Below, piece by piece: positions 53,981-64,000 of a stretch of DNA of 64,000 nt (position 1 is its first letter; every line of letters begins with the position of its first letter). The notes under the pieces were generated by a model. It had not been told where the DNA came from. It made no database searches and worked only from the letters and a program-made list of their open reading frames with translations. The stretch is from the human T2T-CHM13v2.0 reference genome, Homo sapiens. Location of the stretch: the NCBI RefSeq assembly GCF_009914755.1, contig NC_060935.1. The stretch is one strand, 5' to 3'. A program made the position numbers and the translations under genes.

Positions 53981-56900
53981 GTCCTAATTCTTTACAGTAG
54001 AGAAATGGTGGCATTTGGTGATCAAGGATGCAGTGTGGACTCAGACAGGCCTTAGCTTCCATCCCAGCTTGGCTACTCGAGAGCTGTGTGACTGTACATA
54101 AGCTACTTAAACTTTCTGTATCTCTTTAGCCTCTTCTATAGAATGAAGTTGATGACAATACCTCAGAAGATGTAGTGAGGAATTAAATGAGGTAATGCCT
54201 AAAGCTCTTATCCCTATGCCTAGAGAATAATAAGCAATCGGTCATTATTGGGAGCTTTCATTGCTCCCAAAGTCCTGTGAGGAACTGTGATTTGGGTGAC
54301 TGTGCTGGAGGAGATCTGTCAGGAAGTACTAAATAGTCCAATCCACCTCCAGGACTTCTATCAGGGGATATCAAGAGCTCATTCCTGCCCAGCACCCTAT
54401 ACACACACCCAAGGGGAGAAATGGGAGGGCAAGTGACATCCAGGAGGAAAGCTGGGTGGGAACCAAGGACGATGTGCTTGTGTGTTGAGGTCAGAGGATG
54501 CTATGGAGTAGGCCACAGAAGCCAGGACTCAGCTGCTCAGGGTCCACCATCCTGTCACCAGTGCAGCAGAGCCCAGGAATCCCCTCAGATCTGAGGGCAG
54601 ATCAGCCCTAGGGAAACCAAATCCCTAGGATGAGTCATTGGGAAATAGAAAGGGGCAAGACCCCGGCTTGGTTGAGCCTGCTGAGCGCTGGCTGAGCAGA
54701 GAAGGTAGACAGAGCAGCAGGGGCAATAAGAAAGGGCCTGGGAACATCCAATTCAGAAAACGGGGGTTTTTCCCAAAGAGTAAGGGCTAGAGCTCCCACC
54801 TTTGTCCCTTACAGCCAAGCACAGACACAAAGCACCAGCATTGCTGTGAAAGATGCAGGAGCCTGGGAGGTGCTATCCAGCATGGCATATTCATCCAAAT
54901 TCCTGGGATTGACTGTGGGACAAATAACTATGTCATGTTGCCCTTACAGCACGGGCCAGGGGCCTAACACTTTCCTTGGCACTCCTCCAGAGTCTGCAAA
55001 CACAGGCCTGAGTGCTGCCTTTACAGAGCCGAATCCTGTGCATCTTGATTAAATATTGACAATAGCTCTACCTGCCTTATCTTGATCCAGTGGAAACCCA
55101 GTCCCCGGGGAGCTGTGCAGGGCAGGATTTACCTCCCACACCAGAGCCACAGATGTCCTCCTGAACCAGCTCAGCAAACACACTGCTCTGAGGCACAAAA
55201 TCCGCATCTGTGCTCCTCAGCAAAATACGTTTTATGACTAGTTAGACCCTAAAATAAAAGTCTTCTTTAGTCATCTGGGTTTGGGTTGGGAGGTGATATT
55301 CCTGTGGAACTTAATAAATCAATCATTAACTTTCTGCCAGTGGGCTAACTTGTAAGTGGGAAAGTAGGGACTGGGAGTGGGTAGAAGGCTGGATCATCAG
55401 GCTTCCCGGTGTCTGAGGCTGCCGACAAAATCCAAGCCTATCAGCCCAGAGATCAGTGGGGCCAGCCCAGAGGTCAGAGGGAGTCTAAGAGTCCCAGGCC
55501 TCTAGCAAAAGACAGGCTTGAAGTGAAGTTACAAAGGGGCAAAGGTTATCCTCAGCTTCCAGCTGGTGCCTTTGGACCTTTCAGTGACATCCAGGACCTG
55601 GGCCTCTTCGCTGTGCTTTCCCTGAGAGCATTCCAGATCCCTGAATATTCAAGGGAAAACACAGTGAATGGGTTTAGGATGGTCAAGACTCCTGTCCTCC
55701 CTTCCTCTAAAGGGGCAGGATTGGAATAGGAGTTTCTCCCTGGAGATGCGGCGAGGAGTCCCTATATCCTAGGCTGCCTTATTAACAGAGAGCTTCGAGA
55801 TCTTCTTCACAAAGAGGGCTTCTCATGGTAGAGAGCACTCCAGCTAAGGAGGGGCAAATGTTCAGAAAGGTGATGAGCTTTGGCCCTTTTAACTCCCTCT
55901 GCAGGCATAAGCCAAGGTTTCTGCTGCACCTGGCAAAGAAGTGAATCAGATCAGAAGCACAAATGCACGGAACTGAGTTTTCTGCCTGGACAGTGTCCTA
56001 AGACTCTCTGGCAAGATCTCTGGTTTAACGACTTCCTGTACTTTCTTCATCATTTCGCCAGACAGCAGATCTCCTGAGGGCATGGGGATCCCTATGTAAG
56101 TGGAAACCCTGATCACCCCCAGTGGAATTCCAGAGTTTAGAAAGGTGGCGGCCACATCTCCCTAGAACACAGTAGACAGTTTTCTGTTCAGGGGAGAGCA
56201 CATTGGCATCAAATCCCGCAGGCTTCATAGAGAAATCCCTAAGAAAGCAGGTTTTCCTCCTCATTGTCATCACAGCCACCCATCATGCAAAACATCAGGT
56301 CCTAGGCTGAGTGCTTTGCATGCACGTTCCCATTTAATCTTCATCATAATCTCTTAAGGACCCATCTTATAAATGGGGAAACTGGGGCAGACGGGTACCA
56401 AGCAACTTGTCCTTGGTCACAGATCTACTAAGTGATAGAACCAGACTTTGAAGCTAGATCTGTCTGACCTCATAGGTCATGCTCACCATAACCAGTCACA
56501 GACTCTGAGCCAGAACGCTGAGGTTGCTATAGGAGGGAATGACTTAATATCTGCTAAATACTTTCAACAGTGCTTAACACATAGTAAGCCCTATATAAGT
56601 GCTTATTAAATAATTAGAGGCTTTGTAGGACAACAGAAGTTGACTTTGCACACCTGTGTGGCTGGGATAAACCCTATGAAAATGAATACAATGGGGCAAG
56701 ACTGAAGAGCCCCTCAGCCCTTTGTGCCTTACTCCTGACCTTACTCCTAACCCTATCTGTTGAGAAGGTGGTGATAGTCACCTCTAGCATAATTCTCACC
56801 CCAACATAGGAAGTTCTGTATGGACTTTTGCTGTCTGTCCCCTGGGCTGGAGGATCTGCAAGAGCTCCCAAGAGTGATCTGCAAGGGCTCCCAGGAGTGG

Positions 56901-58140
56901 CCCAGCCAAACCCCTTAGTCTCAGAGGCTAACACAGCTGGAGCTCATTTGCATTGGAATTGCAGGGCACTGCATCATCCAGGAGATAAGTCTGCATTATG
57001 CAAGTTACTTGTGCCAATTCTCCAGAAATTACTGAGCCACAGGGGGATTGCCTAACTGCTTAACCCTTTCCATCCAACTATAGAGCAAAAATAGACACCA
57101 CTGGTCAATGCAAAGAGTCTTCCCCAGACGTGACAACTTGATGAGCAGAGAATGACCACTCAGGACTGGTGTGACCAGTGCACACCTCTCCCAGCAGGTT
57201 TGTTCTTGCCCCACAGGGTCTAAAACCCAGCCCCTCCCTATACACACCTTCTAAAGGGGAGTGAGTTGCCTCCTGGGGATGCTCAAGGTTCACTGGAAGG
57301 GGAAGGATTTCTTCAACAGGCTTTGGGAGTTCAGAGTCATTTACTCTGGCCATATTGGGTTGGCGGGTAGCTCTCAGATAAAGTGGTATTTGAACTGGTC
57401 ATTAGATGTGAGTCAATGAGGAGAAAAAGGGCATGTCAAAAACATAGGAGCAGAAGATCACAGCTTATCTTAGGAACAGCAGATTGCAGAAGCGTAGATT
57501 ATAGCATTGGACTAGGTGGCAAATGAAAGCAAAATACAATTTTGTTAGATAAATCACCATAATGAAGCTAAGAATATCTAATAAAATCACAAGTCCATGC
57601 CTATGAGTTATGAAACTCACCATTTGAACAAAAAACAAACAAATTAATTAAAAACTACTGTTCATATTTTCTAGACAGAATATCTTCTAGTGGGCATTGG
57701 AGATTTAAAAACAAGAGGTGAGGTTGCCACAAATACAAACTCATAATGGGTATTTGCATAGCTGAGCTCCTGGGTCCAGCTGGAACAGCCAAGCCTGGGG
57801 GAACCCACAGCCTGGCCACTTAGGACATAGATTGCCAGATGAGTAGCAAGGAAGGGCTCCTGCAAGGAAAGTCAGTTTCTCCATCTGACTGGCACCTCAA
57901 GACATCAACTTCTCTTGTGGCTCCCCTAAGAAGGAGTCATGGAATCTTAGGGTAGGTAGCCCAGCAGACATCATCTTATCCTGCTCTCTGCCTCTAGGCA
58001 AAACTATAATACATACAACATAATGAAGGTAATTGGATGATGGTCATTATGTGTGTATGTTGTGACAGTGACATTTACAGCCCAGCACCTCCTTTGACAC
58101 TGACAGAACTTGCTGATTCCATTCACTCCAGTACTACTGA

Positions 58141-58522
<382 letters not shown>

Positions 58523-59679
58523 TGAACACTGTGTCTTTAGAAGACACCTTCTCCACATACACTTCCTACCTTTGCCCTCACCTATCCTGTGATTTGCTAC
58601 ACAGGATCTCTCCAATTCTCCTTCCACTTAATCTATAGAGAATGGCATAGCATAATGGTAAAGAGTCCAGGCATCAGGGTAAAACTGAGACCAGGCTGGT
58701 GCTCACTCACCACTGTGATCTTGGGACAGTCAATTAATTCCTGTGGACTCAGTTTTATCTCTGTAAAATGGAGATAACAATATTATTTATCTGTAAGATT
58801 GCTGAGAATATCAAAGGAGAGCATAGAAGCCAATTGCTTCATAAATACTGTACCATATAAACATAAAATATTACAGTATTATTTCTACTTACAAAAGTAA
58901 CAGAAGTGCCACTGGGCAAACAGTAAGCATAAGGAGACTAAAGTGTCTATATTTATATCAAGTAAAGTAGATTTCAAAACAATCAGTTTCAGCAGAGATA
59001 AAAAGGGATCTTTTACAATGATAAGACAGCCTACTCATGAGAAATGCATAATAATAATAAATGTGTATATCTCAAATAACAGAGATTCAAAATGCATGAA
59101 TCAAAAGTCAACAGAATTAAATAGAGAAATAAATTTAGAATAATAATTAGAGATTTTAACACTTTTATAAAAAATAATCAATAAATACATAGAAGACCTG
59201 AACAACACTATCACCTTGACTAAATTAATGTTTGTTAGTTAATTGTTATTAAGCACATTACACCCAACCATTACAGAATTTACTTTTTTTCAAGAGAACT
59301 TGGTATATTCCCCAATAAATACTAAATGTTTGTTCATAAAACAAGTCTCAGTACATTTAAAAAGATTGAAATCTTACAGAGTATATTTTCTAACAATGGA
59401 ATTAAATTGCAAAGAAGTAATAATGGATCTAGAAAAATGCCAAAATACTTGTAAATTAAACAGAATATATCTAAATAAATCATGGGCCACACAAGAAAGC
59501 ATAAAGAAAATTAGAAAATATTTCTAATTGAATCATAATGAAAATAAAAAATATTAAAACTTAAATGCAGCTAAGGTAGTGTTAAAGGAAATTTATAGAT
59601 TTAAATATGTATATTAGGAAAGAAAAACGATACTAAAAGAAAAATTAATGACTTCAGGCTATATCTTTAAAATATAGAT

Positions 59680-59882
59680 CAATAATTCTCAGCCAGAAAT
59701 TACTTTGTTCCCCAATAACTAAAGACATTTTTGTCTTCACAACTCAGTGGGGAAGAGCTATTGGCATCTCACGAGTAGAGGCCAGGGTTGATGCTGAACA
59801 CCCTACAATATGTAGGATAGTTCCTCACAACAAAGAATTGTCCAATCAAAAATGTCAATAGTGCCAAGGTTGAGAAACACTG
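59680..59882. mobile_element. MER20 hAT element nested in L1M
   Basis: ggcatct..gtagaggccaggg..atgct, aaaatgtcaatagtgccaaggttgagaaacactg end. Confidence 0.85.
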
Positions 59883-61034
59883 ATCTAGTTAAAGAAGAGT
59901 GAAGTAAAACCAAATTAAGTAGAAGGAAGAAATAATAAAAGATAAGAGTAGAAATCAATGAAATACAACATTGAAAAACAATAGACAACATCTGCAAAGA
60001 AAACATTTACAAAGCTGAAGCTGATTCTTTGGAAAAATCAAGAAAGATCAAGAAAATTAATAAACCCTAGCTAGATAAGTTGAGGAAAAAAAAGAGAGGG
60101 AGCTCAAGTTGCCAGTATCAGGAATGAAAGAGGAGACATCACTACAGATTCTACAGTCATTAAAAGAAAAACAATAACATAGTATTAACAACTTTATGCC
60201 AATAAATTTGACAACTTTGATGAAATGAACAAAGTCTTTGAAAAATAAAAATTACCTCAAATGACACAGGTTTTTCAGAAATCTAAGTAGTCATTTATTT
60301 ATTAAAGAAATTGAACTTGTCATCAAAAACATTTCCACAAAGAAAACTCTAGGCCCAGATTATTTCACTGGTGAATTATATCAACATTTCAGGGAAAAAG
60401 TAACACCAATCTTTTATGAACTATTGCAGAAAACAGAAAAAGAATGCTTCTTAATTCAGTTTATGCAGCTATACAAAAATCTGATAAAGACATTATGAGA
60501 AAAAAATTACAGACAAATAGTCCTCATGAATGTAGACAAAAAATCTTTACCAGAAAAATAATATGTTTTGGCTAAGTCAGATTTATCCCAGGAATGAAAG
60601 GTTAATTTAACTTTCAAAATAATCTATCAAAGTAATTCACTATATTAATGGTGAATGAGGGAGAAAATCAGCATGATCATCCCAATGGATCAAAAAAGTC
60701 ATATGACAAATTCAGCGCCACTTGTGATTTTCTTTTCTGCAAATTGGAAATAAAAGTGTACCTTTCAAGCTGATGAAGTGAAGAGTGCCCATAAAAAAAT
60801 CTACAACTAATATCACACATAATGGTGAAATACTGAGTGATTTCTCTCTAAGATTGGGAACAAAGCAACAATGCTGTCTCTCACTGCTTCTATTCATCAT
60901 TGTACTGGAGATTGGAGCCAATGAAATAAAATTTTTTTAAAAAAGAATACCAATTGGAAGGAAAAAAAAGAAGGAAAATCTCAGTTGAGACATAAAATGT
61001 TTACATATAAAAACCTAAGGAATAAAAAAAGAGC

Positions 61035-61345
61035 GGCCAGGTGCGGTGGCTCACTCCTGAAATCCCAGTACTTTGGGAGGCCAAGGCGGGTAGATCACCT
61101 GAGGTCAAGAGTTCAAGGCCAGCCTGACCCACATGGAGAAACCCCATCTCTACTAAAAATATAAAATTAGCCTGGCATGGTGGCACATGCCTGTAATCCC
61201 AGCCTCTTGGGGGCTGAGGAAGGAGGATTGCTTGAACCTGGGAGGCGAAGGTTGTGGTGAGTTGAGATCGTGCCCTTGCACTCCAGCCTGGGGGACAAGA
61301 GTGAGATTTCGTCTCAAAAATAAAATAAAATAAAGTAAAATAAAT
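61035..61345 (+). mobile_element. AluS nested in L1M
   Basis: Full Alu with (TAAAA)n tail. Confidence 0.93.
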
Positions 61346-63845
61346 AGCTACTAGAACCAACAAGTGAGCTTAGTAAGATTGCAGGATACAAGGTCAATCC
61401 ACAAAAATTAATGATATTTGTATCTACTAGTAGCAATCAGAAAATGAAATTTTTAAAAATTCTTTTTACAGAAACATAAAATACTTAGGAATAAATTTTA
61501 AAAACATGTGTATGACTTGTGCACTGAAGACTACAAAACCTTGCTGAGAAAAATTTTGAAAGATCTAAATCTGTGAAGAGACATACCTTGTTTATGGGTT
61601 GGAGGATACAACGTTTTAAGATGTCAGTTATCTAAAATTGATCTAAAGATTTATTACAATCCCAATTATAATTTCAACAGGTTTTCTTTGTAGGAATTGA
61701 CAATCTGATTCTAAAATTTATATGAAAATACAGAGAATCTAAAATGTTTAAAGTAATCTTGAAAAGAAAACAAAGAGAACTTGTTTGATTTTAAAACTTA
61801 TTTTAAAGCTATATTCATTAGTATGGTACTGGTGTAGGATAGATAAATAAATCAATAGATCAGAAAAGAGTCTAGAAATAGAATCACACATATAATTTAA
61901 TTTTCAACAAAAGCATCAGAGCAATCTAATAAAGAAAGAAAAGAGTTTTCAACAAAAATGTGCTAGACAACGAAATATCCTTAGCCTTGACTCCTGCCTC
62001 ATACCACACACACATACATACACACACACACAAAATGAATTATAAATTTAAAAGTAAAACATAAAACTATCAATCTTCTAGAAGAAAATAAGCTATCTTC
62101 ACTATTTGAGGGGCAGGCAAAGATTTCTTACATAGGAAACAGAAATACATACCCATTAAAATGATAAATTGTACTGCATTGAGTTTTAAAACTTCACAAA
62201 ATACACCAGTAGAAAAATGAATAGGCAGGCTGCAGCCTGGGAAAAAATATTCACAGAACGCATATCTGATGAAGGAATTGTATTCAGAATAGATAAAGGA
62301 CTATAATTCAATAATAAAAAGAAAAGTTGCCCTATTAAAATGTGGTCAAAAGATTTAAACAGACACTTCACAATGGAAGATAAATAAACATCAAATACAT
62401 ATATGACAAAATGTCTTTCATTAGTCATCAAAGAAATGCAAATTATAAACCAGGTGAAATACCCCAAATGTTGTTGAAGGTGTGGAATAACCAGAATTCT
62501 CATTTGTTGGTGGTGAGAGTATAAAATGGCACAACCACTTTGGAAAAAAGTCTGGCAGTTATCTTGTAAAACTAAACATATATCTACTATACAAGCCAGT
62601 GATTTCATTCTTAAGTATTTATCCAGAAGAAATAAAAAACATCTGGTCAAATATGAAAAAAAAATACTTGTTCAAGAATGTTCTTAGCAGCTGTATTCAT
62701 AATAGCCAAAAACTGGAAACAGCCCAGGTGTCGATCAATAGGAGAATAAATAATCAGAGTGTGGTAGATTCATGCAATGGAATACTATTCAGCAGAAAAG
62801 GAACTGCCTATACATGCAACAATATATGGATGAATATAGAAAAACATTATGCTAAGTGAAAGAAGAGCTACACAAAGAGCGCATGCTGTGTAATTCCATT
62901 CACCCTTATTCTACAAGCAACGCTCATCTATGGTGAAAAGAAATTGGTGGTTGCCTCTAAGGAGATAGAGGTGGAGACTGATTGATAAGGAGCACGAGGA
63001 AACTTGGGGATTAATAGTATTGTTTTGTATATTAATAGAGATTTGGGTTACACAGCATTACATATTTTCCAAAACTCACTGAATGATGTCCTTAAGATTT
63101 GTTTTTTTTGCTCTATGTAAATTTGACCTCACAATAAAAAAAGAAAGAACCTCAAGTTAATATCAGTTTAATATATACATCCTAAAGTCTTTAGGGTGAG
63201 TGCACTGATGGCTTAGCTTACTTTGAAATGCATCTAACAGAAAAATACAGAGTCAATAGATGGATTGATAGATTTCTGATCATCTAGAGCTAAATGTTCA
63301 TTGTAGAATCTAGGTGATTACAGGCATTCACTGTACAATTCTTTAAACTTTTCTGCATGTTTGAAATTTTTCATAATAAAATGATTAATAAAAAAAAGTA
63401 ACGCTGATGTGAAGTATCAAAACTCTCTATGGTAACCTCAGGGCATAAACCTAAGGAATCGAGCCCCAGTAGGTATACCTCTCCCAGCTGCTTACCAGCC
63501 CACCTGTGTCTTGAATGGGTTATCCAACACCCAAGCTTCTGATCAACCTGGACTATTGCATTGCATTTTCCCAGCAGAAGAATATGCAGGATTTTCAGTA
63601 AGACTGTGTGTACATTCTAATTTTAATAACTGCAGTTACTAGTATGATAAAGCTTCTGACAATCATATAATTTAAGTATATAAAAGGTACTTTTACTTCA
63701 GACTAAAAACTGGTGACAAAGGACTGCAATATGGAAGAAAATAATTATTTTCCAGCCAGGAGATTCTATTTCAACATCAGCTATAAGAAAAATAATTTGT
63801 ATTTAAATTTTGTTTATAAAGTGTTTCTATCATACCTGTGAGCTG

Positions 63846-63848
63846 TTT

Positions 63849-63891
<43 letters not shown>

Positions 63892-64000
63892 TTTTCAGAC
63901 GGAGTCTCGCTCTGTTGTCCAGGCTGGAGTGCAGTGGTGCAATCTCGGCTCACTGCAACCGCCTTCTCACGGGTTCAAGAGATTCTCCTGCCTCAGCCTC
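63846..64000 (-). mobile_element. Alu with (TTTA)n tail (cut by window edge)
   Basis: (attt)n microsatellite followed by an antisense Alu right arm. Confidence 0.93.

Larger units (their letters stand above)
58880..63400 (+). mobile_element. Old L1M (L1MC/MD/ME-like) ORF2 plus 3' UTR, heavily decayed
   Basis: A-rich, colinear EN-RT-C-terminal remnants, L1M-type 3' end and A tail near 63390. Confidence 0.85.

Overview
Human (primate) genomic DNA that I recognise from the translated exons as the 11q23.1 OCA-coactivator cluster. It contains: (i) the last three coding exons and 3' UTR of POU2AF2 (C11orf53, OCA-T1) on +; (ii) the complete five-exon, 251-codon POU2AF3 (COLCA2/C11orf93, OCA-T2) on +, whose N-terminus (a 7-nt coding exon plus the OCA-peptide exon) is only recovered by splicing; (iii) the antisense COLCA1 (C11orf92) 124-codon ORF, whose ATG is supplied by a ~60-bp Alu stub; (iv) a CpG island shared by COLCA1 and POU2AF3. 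From ~29 kb onward the window is gene-free and transposon-rich (Alu, L1PA, L1PB, L1M, MIR, MER41A, MST, Tigger, MER20), running toward POU2AF1, which from memory lies beyond the right edge. The central biological system is a tandem family of OCA-B-like POU-domain coactivators. It is already published, but the ORF track and the older short ORFs miss its key motif. The less described observations are a cluster of five perfect octamer sites at 46.9-50.0 kb, a strong internal TATA box that would give an OCA-peptide-less isoform, a ~60-100 bp L1 target-site duplication, a doubled Alu inside one TSD, and nested inverted repeats between converging 3' ends. Repeat subfamily names and SNP identity are from recognition, not database searches.
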